This document shows, in pieces, positions 20,379 through 28,488 of a stretch of DNA of 64,000 nt (the stretch's first letter is position 1; each line of letters begins with the position of its first letter). The position numbers were made by a program, and so were the translations under genes. The stretch lies in assembly GCA_031291955.1 (NCBI GenBank), contig JARLIA010000005.1, forward strand, positions 9,214 to 73,213, in the 5' to 3' direction. Below the pieces are notes generated by a model that was not told the origin of the DNA, did no database searches, and was given only the letters and a program-made list of their open reading frames with translations. Source of the DNA: Minisyncoccota bacterium (GTDB lineage: Bacteria; Patescibacteriota; Minisyncoccia; Moranbacterales; UBA2206).

Positions 20379-21485
20379 TCACTGAATTTTTTCCGCTAAC
20401 TCAGCCTTCGTCAGCGGTCCGACGGTTCCGGTCTGCGGCAAGCCGTTGTTTGCTTGGAACTTTGTGATTGCATCGATAGTTATCTGTCCGTAATTTCCGG
20501 TAATATATTGGGAATCAAGCAATCCCAGTTTGCCGAGAACGGTCTGGATGTTTTTAATGCCTTCCATTGTCTGAGTATTAAAATCATCGGCGGAAAGATT
20601 AAGGGAAACATTGTCCAGATCTATCTGTTTATCGGCTTCATCTTTGCCGGTGTCGGGATTTTGCACCGTAATAGTCCTTATGTGGTCAGTCTGGTCATTA
20701 AGCAATTTAGCTAAGCAAAACTTAGCCACAATCTTTTGGCTGGAATTTTTGGTGACTGAAGCGGCGTCATGACCGCCGATCATCACGTCGGTGTCATTGG
20801 TGAAATGCCGGCCATCAATGATGAGTTTCAATCTTTGGGGACAACTAGCTTTGTTAGCATTGGTGTATTGGTAAGCGGACCAGGAATCGATTTTAGCTTT
20901 TTGATTTACGGAATCCGAGTCTTGATTAGTCGTATTTTCCGTAGAGTTAATATTAGAATTGTCTCCGCCAGTAACAACAATATCCTGAGAATAATTACTT
21001 TCGGTGTCGGCATCTTCGCAGTTGTTTCCATCTGAATCGCAAGTGGCCAGTCCGACATAATATTTTAAAGTATAGGTTCCTGCTTTCTGTCCGACGACTA
21101 CGTCGATATTAAAAGTATCATAATCGCTATTATTACCATAAGCATTGTCAGTTATCCATTTGAACCAAACATATCCAGACGGAGCACTGGCCGGATCCGG
21201 TTGTGAGCTGCCAGATACCATCGTAAAATGTTCTTCAGAATCAGTGATCGATGTCACTGCCCAATCTTCGGGAATGAGCACGGCTAAATAGATTTTGTGA
21301 GTATTGGGGCTATTTTGGTCATCCGCGCCTCCATTGGTATGACCATTGACTGACAGAGTAGTGTGCTCTCCGGGCGCGACCGTGTCGGGTTGCGAAACGC
21401 CGTCAATATAAGCACTACAGCCTGATAGAAAAAGCACGACCAAAGAAATTGCCACTACCTTGATCCAATTCGATATATTCTTCAT
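20379..21485 (-). CDS. lipoprotein with a C-terminal peptidoglycan-binding (PG_binding_1-like) domain
   Basis: Signal peptide with lipobox LSGCSA, a low-complexity N/D/S/T-rich middle, and a C-terminal TKFQANNGLPQTGTVGPLTKAELAE motif. Confidence 0.6.
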   Translation of the reverse strand: MKNISNWIKVVAISLVVLFLSGCSAYIDGVSQPDTVAPGEHTTLSVNGHTNGGADDQNSPNTHKIYLAVLIPEDWAVTSITDSEEHFTMVSGSSQPDPASAPSGYVWFKWITDNAYGNNSDYDTFNIDVVVGQKAGTYTLKYYVGLATCDSDGNNCEDADTESNYSQDIVVTGGDNSNINSTENTTNQDSDSVNQKAKIDSWSAYQYTNANKASCPQRLKLIIDGRHFTNDTDVMIGGHDAASVTKNSSQKIVAKFCLAKLLNDQTDHIRTITVQNPDTGKDEADKQIDLDNVSLNLSADDFNTQTMEGIKNIQTVLGKLGLLDSQYITGNYGQITIDAITKFQANNGLPQTGTVGPLTKAELAEKIQ

Positions 21486-21817
21486 TGAATTTTATTTTTA
21501 TGTTGTTGTTTATGCGGATATTATAGCATAAAGTTCGAATCCTGATCAGGTCATTCCAAAAAGAGCTTAAATAAAGCACGAGAAAATCAAATTATTTTTC
21601 TGGTTCGAACCTCCTGATTCCCGTTATATTAAAGCAAAAATCGCCTCTTGTGAAAGCGATTTTCAATAAGGGCTCCAACTGGTGGATATGTTTAGAACTT
21701 TAATTTATGTTAATATCCTGCAAGAATTGGAATTATACAGTTTCTCAGTATGTGCAAAAACTTTATAAAATAGGGATCGGGTGTATACTAAGGTTAATAA
21801 ATCATAAAAAATCAGAT

Positions 21818-22219
21818 ATGTCACAAAAAAAAGTAACTATTTGCGCTAGCATCGCCTTTTTGGATGATATAAGTATATGGAAAGAAAAATTAAAAAATGA
21901 TGGTTATGATGTTGTTCAATACCCCAAAAAGCTTATCGGTGAATTTCTACCAAGCTACAAAGTAGAATTTACTGAACATTACCAGAAGATGGCCGAATCC
22001 GACATAGTGCTTATTTTGAATATGAAAAAGAAAGGCGTCGATGGCTATATCGGTGCCGCAGTATTCGCGGAAATTGCTTTCGCAATAGGTCTCAATAGAA
22101 CATCCCGCTATGATAAAAAAATAGATGTCTACTGTCTTAATCATTTCCCAAATTCATTGCCACACGCAGAGGAGTTGCAATATTGGGTAGATCTGGGATG
22201 GTTAAAATTTTGGAACTAA
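21818..22219 (+). CDS. nucleoside 2-deoxyribosyltransferase-like protein
   Basis: Start chosen at the internal ATG (MSQKK). The pattern VTICASIAF...SDIVLILNMKKKGVDGYIGAAVFAEIAFAIGLN matches the Nuc_deoxyrib_tr-like Rossmann fold. Confidence 0.4.
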   Translation: MSQKKVTICASIAFLDDISIWKEKLKNDGYDVVQYPKKLIGEFLPSYKVEFTEHYQKMAESDIVLILNMKKKGVDGYIGAAVFAEIAFAIGLNRTSRYDKKIDVYCLNHFPNSLPHAEELQYWVDLGWLKFWN

Positions 22220-22271
22220 CACTCTTATATAAAATGAAAGACCGCTAATATTAAACGGTCTTTTTTTTGAA

Positions 22272-23561
22272 TCACCCCCATTTTTTTAAGATAAATTCAG
22301 CTAATTGCTTGTAAGATTCTTCCAAAACGTGAAAGTCTTTTTTGTCACCCCACCAATGATTTGGGTTGTGATGGATGTGACATTTTTTCCAATCATTGTC
22401 CTTGAGGTGCAGTTTATTTTTCTCTGCTTCATTGTAAACGCGGCTTCCAGGAAGAGGCACGAAACGAAATAAAGACACTCTTTTGATCATGGCCCAAAGA
22501 TCATCCAGAAGTGTGATTGTTTCTTGTGTTGTTTCCATATTTTCACCCGGATAACCGTGCACAATGAAGTTTTTTACTTTGATACCTGCAGAATGGGTCA
22601 TCTTAATCGCGTTATAGATTTGGTTTACGGAAATGCCTTTGCCCATAGCTTTAAGGATTTTTTCACTTCCTGATTCAACGCCAAATTTAATCTCTATGCA
22701 ACCGGCGTCGCGAATGATTTCAAGATCGTCGTAACTCACCGTATCAACCCGTGATAAGATTGACCATTTTAAGTCTAAGTCGCAGATAGACTCGCATATA
22801 TCCCGCACCCGCCTTTTGTTTACTAGAAAATTATCATCAACAACGGCAAATCCTTCTATTCCATAAGTATTCTTCAAATGCTCAAGCTCTTGGCGGATGT
22901 GCCACCCTGGGCGATATTGCATTTGTTTTTGTTGCCCCGCGCAAAAGTTGCATGAATATGGGCATCCTTGGCTGAACATGACATGAGTCATTCGCAGGTT
23001 CGTGCTAGAGAGTCGGTTTGTCATTATGAAATCAGACTCTGGCAATAGGTGCCTTGCGGGGATAATTGGCCAGTAATCGAGGTTTTTCTTTAATGCTCGC
23101 TGCTCAGTAAAGCGGGGATTACCATTTTTCATGTAGCAGATCCCCTTGATATGAGAAAATTGCTTCATCCTCTTCGCGTGTATGAGTTCCAGTATCGTCT
23201 CATCACCGTGGCCAATGTTCACAGCATGAACCTTGAGTTCTTGCAGTGTTTGTATGGGGAAGATATTCGCATGGACACCACCTGCGATTACGAGAGTATC
23301 ATGTGCGTATATGCTATTGAAACGCACATTTTTGATGACATCATAAGTAGCCGAGGATGGTATGCTAAACGCTACAACATCAAAAGTGGTTAAATCTAGG
23401 GTATCTTGATCAGTTCCCACGCTGAAAACTTTTACTTCCATTCCATTCTGAGCGCTTACAATTGTTGCCAGGTATAATACCCCAAACGGTGGAAATTCCT
23501 TTCTATTTTTTCCAAACCGAGCGATATCATATACCTCTGGATATACGATTGCTATTTTCAT
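22272..23561 (-). CDS. B12-binding-domain radical SAM protein
   Basis: N-terminal B12-binding-like domain, then the radical-SAM cluster motif CPYSCNFC (CxxxCxxC) and SAM-binding segments. Confidence 0.85.
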   Translation of the reverse strand: MKIAIVYPEVYDIARFGKNRKEFPPFGVLYLATIVSAQNGMEVKVFSVGTDQDTLDLTTFDVVAFSIPSSATYDVIKNVRFNSIYAHDTLVIAGGVHANIFPIQTLQELKVHAVNIGHGDETILELIHAKRMKQFSHIKGICYMKNGNPRFTEQRALKKNLDYWPIIPARHLLPESDFIMTNRLSSTNLRMTHVMFSQGCPYSCNFCAGQQKQMQYRPGWHIRQELEHLKNTYGIEGFAVVDDNFLVNKRRVRDICESICDLDLKWSILSRVDTVSYDDLEIIRDAGCIEIKFGVESGSEKILKAMGKGISVNQIYNAIKMTHSAGIKVKNFIVHGYPGENMETTQETITLLDDLWAMIKRVSLFRFVPLPGSRVYNEAEKNKLHLKDNDWKKCHIHHNPNHWWGDKKDFHVLEESYKQLAEFILKKWG

Positions 23562-23641
23562 TTTGACACCTCCAAATTGTTAAGTTGCAAATGGTGATAT
23601 AAATTATACCAACAGTGTAGAATAGAGGTAAAAAGATAATT

Positions 23642-23703
23642 TGTCAAATATAATCAACAAAAAAAGGCTTATTAAAGCCTTAAAGTTGTGTTGCTCCGCG
23701 GAG
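23642..23703. repeat. copy B of the 62-bp direct repeat (tRNA-Asn 3' end plus its terminator hairpin)
   Basis: See copy A. It includes the hairpin aaggcttattaaagcctt and a U-run in minus sense, directly downstream of tRNA-Asn. Confidence 0.55.
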
Positions 23704-23765
23704 AGGACTCGAACCTCTAACCAATTGATTAACAGTCAACTGCTCTACCATTGAGCTACCGCGGA
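23694..23765 (-). tRNA. tRNA-Asn (anticodon GUU)
   Basis: Minus-sense sequence TCCGCGG-TA-GCTC-AATGGTA-GAGC-A-GTTGA-CTGTTAA-TCAAT-TGGTT-AGAGG-TTCGAGT-CCTCT-CCGCGGA-G. It folds into a cloverleaf with a 7-bp acceptor stem and a T-loop TTCGAGT. CCA is not encoded. Confidence 0.85.
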
Positions 23766-23950
23766 ATGTATTATATTGCTGGATTGTTAAATTGCTATAT
23801 CGCTGATAATAAATTAGTCCTTGCGGACTACTCCACACTTCCAAAACAAATTGATTATAGCAAATATTTCAGGAATGGCAAGGGTGGGGGGAATAAAAAT
23901 AAGGCGGCCTCAATGGGCCGCCCGAAAGGAACGAGTTGAGGGAGCTTGGT

Positions 23951-24238
23951 TCAAGGCAGGTAGGTATTGCCGCATTCTTCCCGAATGCATCCGGGTTTGC
24001 AAACTACATACGATTTGCATTTGCAGTCGCAACATTCCACTACCCGAAGTCCGCAACGAGGACATTCATTGCTGGTTCTTTTTGCGTCGCATTCGGGACA
24101 ATGATTATCGGACGTGTAGCGCGGGGTTTTTTCCATAAAACCCAGAACTAGCGGAGGATCTTCATTGGTAATTTCTGATACGGCAAATGCGCCATCATAC
24201 AATTCCACAACATTCAAACCATCTTCTTGAAAGAACAT
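23951..24238 (-). CDS. cysteine-rich small protein (zinc ribbon CPEC-x9-CPRC plus a CCDCKC cluster)
   Basis: 95 aa, with a strong SD (aaggag 8 nt upstream of the ATG). The N-terminal 45 aa have no cysteines. The C-terminal 50 aa contain 11 cysteines. Confidence 0.55.
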   Translation of the reverse strand: MFFQEDGLNVVELYDGAFAVSEITNEDPPLVLGFMEKTPRYTSDNHCPECDAKRTSNECPRCGLRVVECCDCKCKSYVVCKPGCIREECGNTYLP

Positions 24239-24424
24239 CTGCTTCTCCTTTTTTATTTTACGTTGAAAACAAAAACCGCCCCGCTGGCGATTGTCGAATG
24301 AACTCGGGATCTATCTCATGAGAACTTCAAAACAACCGCCGGGTGCCGGGTGGGCAACAACAAGAAATTGTTTTGGAAAGTTTTCATAGGTTTAATTTTT
24401 CTGATATATTTTAAAAAATGTTAT

Positions 24425-24460
24425 TTCAATTGGAGCACCTGGTCGGTCGTTGCGACCAGG
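24425..24460 (-). terminator. intrinsic terminator
   Basis: Perfect 10-bp stem cacctggtcg...cgaccaggtg, followed by a U-run in minus sense. Confidence 0.5.
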
Positions 24461-24472
24461 TGCGGATTCGAT

Positions 24473-24627
24473 TAGGAGAGATTGAGATGTTGGGTGATTT
24501 GAGCGTGTAACTTGTCGGAGGCTGTTTTTATTTGATACGCCATTTTTCCGCGAGCTTGTCTTGCTTGTTCTTTGTTGCAAGACGTTTCGAAGTTTGGCTT
24601 ACTGGATCGTATTTTTTTCTTGGCCAT
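24473..24627 (-). CDS. small basic protein (51 aa), not present in the supplied ORF track
   Basis: MAKKKIRSSKPNFETSCNKEQARQARGKMAYQIKTASDKLHAQITQHLNLS, with GGAGG 5 nt upstream of the ATG and a terminator directly downstream. Confidence 0.4.
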
Positions 24628-24660
24628 GATTGCCTCCTACGGTGGCCTTTTATAAGTCCA

Positions 24661-25080
24661 TTAAATGATCGAGTCCATCGCCTGTTCAACAAGCGACAAT
24701 TCATTGTAAAACTTAATTTTTTCCTCAAGCTCCGCCTTGCGCAGATAACAGCGGGCGCGTTTGGCAAGAGGAATTTTTTGCGAAAGTGTCAAATTTATCT
24801 GTTGAATTTCCTGGCGCAAGACGATTTCGCAAACTAGATCAAATCCGTTCATATACCCCCCCTTAAAAAAGGTATTCTCGAAAAAATCCACCGGTTGGCA
24901 TTTCGGGAGATTTCCCCGATCAAAAAGCGCTCGCATTCTGTCGTATTCCACTCTCTGGTGGGAGATGGCCGCGCCGCATCCGCCTTTTGGGCTTTCGCGT
25001 AAACATTGCGGTTTTGACAATTTTGCAATTGCCGATCGATCGAAGGAAATCATCCGTATGCCGCAGAAAACACAACTCAA
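24661..25080 (-). CDS. hypothetical Cys-containing protein
   Basis: 139-aa ORF. The start in the track is TTG. An in-frame ATG at 25053 is an alternative start. No recognisable family. Confidence 0.4.
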   Translation of the reverse strand: MSCVFCGIRMISFDRSAIAKLSKPQCLRESPKGGCGAAISHQRVEYDRMRALFDRGNLPKCQPVDFFENTFFKGGYMNGFDLVCEIVLRQEIQQINLTLSQKIPLAKRARCYLRKAELEEKIKFYNELSLVEQAMDSII

Positions 25081-25340
25081 ATTATATTCTCAGCGGCATG
25101 CGGATTTTTAATGCCAGTTTATTTTTTCAAAGAACTATCTCAATAAAACAAAAACCCCGCTTTTGCCGGGATTGGATTTTCTTATTTTTCTTCTCTTGAT
25201 CCCGGCGAAAAATTATCGTTTAAAAACGATGGACAATGTCTTAATAAAGCCGTAATTTTTCGCGAGATTTCTCATGGAGGAACTGTAGCAAATCCCCAGG
25301 AATCCGTCAAGGTCGGCTGTGGATAACTTCGGATAGGGGC

Positions 25341-25369
25341 TTGACTTTTCCTGGGGATTTGCTATAATA
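25341..25369 (+). promoter_or_regulatory. consensus sigma70 promoter for the RRM protein gene
   Basis: TTGACT - 17 nt - TATAAT. A leader of about 115 nt follows. Confidence 0.5.
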
Positions 25370-25487
25370 GCTCCATTGTAAGTCTTCTCAATGAGTTATC
25401 GTCCCCAGGTTAAGTCACTTAATGTAAGGGCAAACAAAGTGAGAAAGGTCGCCTTACAGTTTTGTAACTAGCCAATAAGACACGAAA

Positions 25488-25781
25488 ATGGCACAGAAAC
25501 TTTACGTAGGCAATTTGCCCTACAGCATGAGAGACGACTCCTTGAGCGATTTGTTCGCCCAGGCGGGATCGGTGGTTTCGGCTTCCGTCATCACTGATCG
25601 GATGTCCGGCCGCTCCAAAGGTTTCGGTTTCGTTGAAATGAGTTCCGATGCGGAAGCGCAAGCGGCAATCGATATGTTCAACGGAAAGGAAATCGAAGGT
25701 CGCCCTCTGACCGTCAATGAAGCTCGTCCCAAAGAAGATCGTCCGAAACGGGATTTCGGCGGACAACGGGATCGCTACTAA
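25488..25781 (+). CDS. RNA-binding protein (single RRM domain)
   Basis: RNP2 LYVGNL and RNP1 KGFGFVEM, with a Gly/Arg-rich tail. Confidence 0.9.
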   Translation: MAQKLYVGNLPYSMRDDSLSDLFAQAGSVVSASVITDRMSGRSKGFGFVEMSSDAEAQAAIDMFNGKEIEGRPLTVNEARPKEDRPKRDFGGQRDRY

Positions 25782-25798
25782 GTACGCGAATCAAAAAA

Positions 25799-25830
25799 AC
25801 AGCTCTCCTTGAGGGGGCTGTTTTTTGGTT
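25799..25830 (+). terminator. intrinsic terminator
   Basis: Hairpin agctctccttgagggggct followed by TTTTTT. Confidence 0.5.
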
Positions 25831-25957
25831 TTAGATTTTTTGGTATAATAGAACACGTACCGTCTCGCTTGGATTTTTTTTAAAAAAATGCTAAGATTGG
25901 ATGGTTCGAATCGTCCGGTTTGTTCGAATTAAGAAGCTGTAAAATTAAATCATTTAT

Positions 25958-26356
25958 ATGACCAAAAGAAATCAGATCATTTTTCTGATCGGCGTGGTGA
26001 TCGCGCTCGCGTTCGGCGGATATTTTTTAGCGCGCCACAAAAAGGCTTCTGTTGAAGGAGTCAGTACTAGCCAAGTGACAGTTGACAATGCCAGCATCAT
26101 TTTCTTCTACGGGGCCGAGTGTCCGCATTGCCAGAATGTGGAAAAATATATCGCGGACAACCATCTTGATCAAAAAGTGAAATATTCCAAATTGGAAGTG
26201 TGGTTCAACAAACCAAATTCCAATCTGATGCTCCAAAAAGCCCAGCAGTGCGGCATCAGCCCGGATCAATTGGGCGTGCCGTTTGTCTGGAACAACGGCA
26301 AGTGCTATATGGGAGAGCAGGACGTGGAAAATTTTTTAAGCAGCCAGGCGAAATAA
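25958..26356 (+). CDS. membrane-anchored thioredoxin/glutaredoxin-fold protein (CPHC motif)
   Basis: N-terminal TM anchor, then IIFFYGAECPHCQNVEKY. It resembles a DsbA/glutaredoxin-like periplasmic oxidoreductase. Confidence 0.6.
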   Translation: MTKRNQIIFLIGVVIALAFGGYFLARHKKASVEGVSTSQVTVDNASIIFFYGAECPHCQNVEKYIADNHLDQKVKYSKLEVWFNKPNSNLMLQKAQQCGISPDQLGVPFVWNNGKCYMGEQDVENFLSSQAK

Positions 26357-26393
26357 TCGCGTAACGCGTAACTCGTAACGCAAGATGTGAAAT

Positions 26394-26927
26394 ATGGAAA
26401 ATAAATTTAATTTAAACAGAAAATATTTTCTCGTAGTAATATTGTTAATAACGGGCGGATTGTTCATGGCTACTGCCGCACAGGCGTTTTGTCCGGTGTG
26501 TACGATCGCGGTGGCCGGCGGAGTGGGACTGTCACGCTGGCTCGGAGTAGACGACACGATCACCGGCCTTTGGATCGGCGGGCTTCTGATTTGCATGGTT
26601 GTTTGGACATTGGACTGGTTCGACAAGAAAAAAATCGATTTCGTAGCGAAAAAAAGCGTGACCACAGTCGCGTGGTATCTGATGGTGGTTGCACCGCTCT
26701 GGTGGGAAGATATAATCGGTCATCCGCTGAATCGCATCTGGGGCATGGACAAACTGGTGGTCGGCATCTTTTTCGGAAGCGTCTTTTTTCTTCTGGGCGG
26801 AGGACTGCATTTCACTCTTAAGAAAAAAAATGGCAACAAAGTCTATTTTCCCTTTCAGAAAGTGGTTTTTGCGGTTAGTCCGCTCATTGTTTTGAGCGCG
26901 GTTTTCTACCTTTTGGTCCGACGGTAA
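26394..26927 (+). CDS. polytopic membrane protein with a CPVC motif
   Basis: 177 aa, 4-5 TM helices, with CPVCT at the start of TM1. It is adjacent to the thioredoxin-like gene. Confidence 0.5.
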   Translation: MENKFNLNRKYFLVVILLITGGLFMATAAQAFCPVCTIAVAGGVGLSRWLGVDDTITGLWIGGLLICMVVWTLDWFDKKKIDFVAKKSVTTVAWYLMVVAPLWWEDIIGHPLNRIWGMDKLVVGIFFGSVFFLLGGGLHFTLKKKNGNKVYFPFQKVVFAVSPLIVLSAVFYLLVRR

Positions 26928-26956
26928 TAATTTTCTAATTTTTACGTATATCAACT

Positions 26957-27550
26957 ATGGAAACAAACAATAATCCCGTCAAAAATCTCAACGAGCTGAT
27001 TGAAAAAGTGGACGCCATGAAAAAACAGGACAAGCTGGATTTGTCGTCCGATCAGGATTTGACCATTGCCATCATGAACCTGGTGAGTATCGAAGAGCAT
27101 TTTTTCTTTACCGGCGCGAAACTCGGGAAGCCTGAATATTTCGACCTTCTTCAAGAAGCGCGCAAGATGCGCGGAGATTTGCTTCGAAAAATCGTGAAAG
27201 ATCCCGAAGGAGAAGTCTGGTGCATCTCGAAACACTTGCTGGCAGCTTCCATGCGTCTTATGGAAGTGGGCACCAAACAGCAGGGGATGGGCAAGAAGGA
27301 GGAGGCGCGGGAATTTTTCCAAAAAGCCTATGACCTCTATTCTCTTTTCTGGGGAATAAATATGAAAGTGATTTCCACCGATAACGTAAAAAAAATCGAC
27401 GAAGGGGCCATGAATGTTCATGACAAAGAGCCTAAGCCCGCCCGCAACGCTTCGCAAGCGGGCGCTGGCTCGCGTAGCGATGCGGGCGGGGGCTTTATGG
27501 GAAAATTGGGCGAACTGGTCAGGAAAGCGGTGGATTGCTGTATCGAATAG
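26957..27550 (+). CDS. hypothetical protein carrying an in-frame GC-rich palindromic element
   Basis: 197 aa. No family recognised. The C-terminal segment PARNASQAGAGSRSDAGGG is encoded by the element at 27437-27492. Confidence 0.5.
   Translation: METNNNPVKNLNELIEKVDAMKKQDKLDLSSDQDLTIAIMNLVSIEEHFFFTGAKLGKPEYFDLLQEARKMRGDLLRKIVKDPEGEVWCISKHLLAASMRLMEVGTKQQGMGKKEEAREFFQKAYDLYSLFWGINMKVISTDNVKKIDEGAMNVHDKEPKPARNASQAGAGSRSDAGGGFMGKLGELVRKAVDCCIE
27437..27492. repeat. GC-rich palindromic element, copy 1, lying in-frame inside a CDS
   Basis: The arms cccgcccgcaacgcttcgc and gcgtagcgatgcgggcggg are 17 of 19 complementary. The same arms occur at 47815-47893. Confidence 0.6.
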
Positions 27551-27635
27551 TCATTTTAACACGTTAGCATATTAACATATTAGCATCGAAAATTTTGTTA
27601 AAATGTTAATATGTTAAAATGTTAATATGCCTCGG
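27551..27635. repeat. AT-rich palindromic element built from TTAACAT/ATGTTAA heptads, copy a
   Basis: cattttaacacgttagcatattaacatattagcat...ttgttaaaatgttaatatgttaaaatgttaatatg. The left half is the reverse complement of the right half. Confidence 0.55.
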
Positions 27636-27696
27636 TTTTAATCAATTTTAATTATCTTACGCCCGGTCTGATTGACGTTAAGAAGAAAAAACAAGT

Positions 27697-28455
27697 ATGA
27701 GGAAAAAACATCTCATTATTATGCTGGCAGCAGTTATATTGGTGCCGCTGGCGACAGTCCAGGCCGATACTAACGCGACTACTGGCGCTGATTGCGGCAG
27801 TGCGCCCGCTCATCCAACCGCCGCCAGTGGAAACGTGCTGACTCAGGCGCAAATGCAGGCGTTTCGGCAGGCCATGCAAACATATAACAGGTGCAGGGGC
27901 ATTGCACCGGGCCAGGGTCATGGCGCCGGAATGCTTCGTGGTCTGGACAAGGGCGCGAACGGAACAAACGGCGCGAACGCGCAAGTCAATAAGCAAGACC
28001 GTTGCACCATGATCAACCAGCGCCTGACCAATCGAGTCAGCGTTTTTCAGAACAACCAGAGCAATGACAAGACCATTTTCGGCAATCTGTCTAATCGCTT
28101 GAGTAATATCCAAGTGCGTCTCAAGAACGCCGGGATTAATACGGACACTCTCTCGAGCGACCTGTCGACTTTGCAAGGCGACATCAATCAAGTGAATTCC
28201 GATTATGCAAAATTCATCAGTGGCTTGCAATCCGTCCAAAGTTCCAGCGCGACGTGCGGTGATTCCAATGGCCAATTCATGACCAATCTCAAATCAGCCC
28301 GCACTATTTTGACAACCGTGCGCGCCGATCGGCAAACAGTCCGTAGCTATGTGACCAGTACGATTGTTCCGGAAATAAACACCCTGCGCCAGCAGTTGCA
28401 AAACAAAAACGGATCCAGCACTTCTTCCACCAGCACCAGCACCTCTTCCAATTAG
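27697..28455 (+). CDS. secreted hypothetical protein
   Basis: Signal peptide, a Q/N/S-rich middle, and an S/T-rich tail. Confidence 0.6.
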   Translation: MRKKHLIIMLAAVILVPLATVQADTNATTGADCGSAPAHPTAASGNVLTQAQMQAFRQAMQTYNRCRGIAPGQGHGAGMLRGLDKGANGTNGANAQVNKQDRCTMINQRLTNRVSVFQNNQSNDKTIFGNLSNRLSNIQVRLKNAGINTDTLSSDLSTLQGDINQVNSDYAKFISGLQSVQSSSATCGDSNGQFMTNLKSARTILTTVRADRQTVRSYVTSTIVPEINTLRQQLQNKNGSSTSSTSTSTSSN

Positions 28456-28488
28456 GAGAGATAATTATTAAAATAAACGGAAAATTTT

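Noticed and set aside
21520-21630. Two GTTCGAA(T/C)CC T-loop-like strings in the spacer before the NDT-like gene. They could be tRNA fragments or att remnants.
   Set aside because: I could not build an acceptor or T-stem pairing around either one. They are probably chance matches in AT-rich spacer.
25318-25326. Perfect DnaA-box 9-mers (TGTGGATAA/TTATCCACA) at 25318, 37043 and 60255.
   Set aside because: They are scattered single boxes with no cluster and no AT-rich DUE. This is not an origin, and the count is only modestly above chance.
25419-25766. Minus-strand 115-aa ORF.
   Set aside because: It is entirely antisense to the well-supported RRM protein gene.
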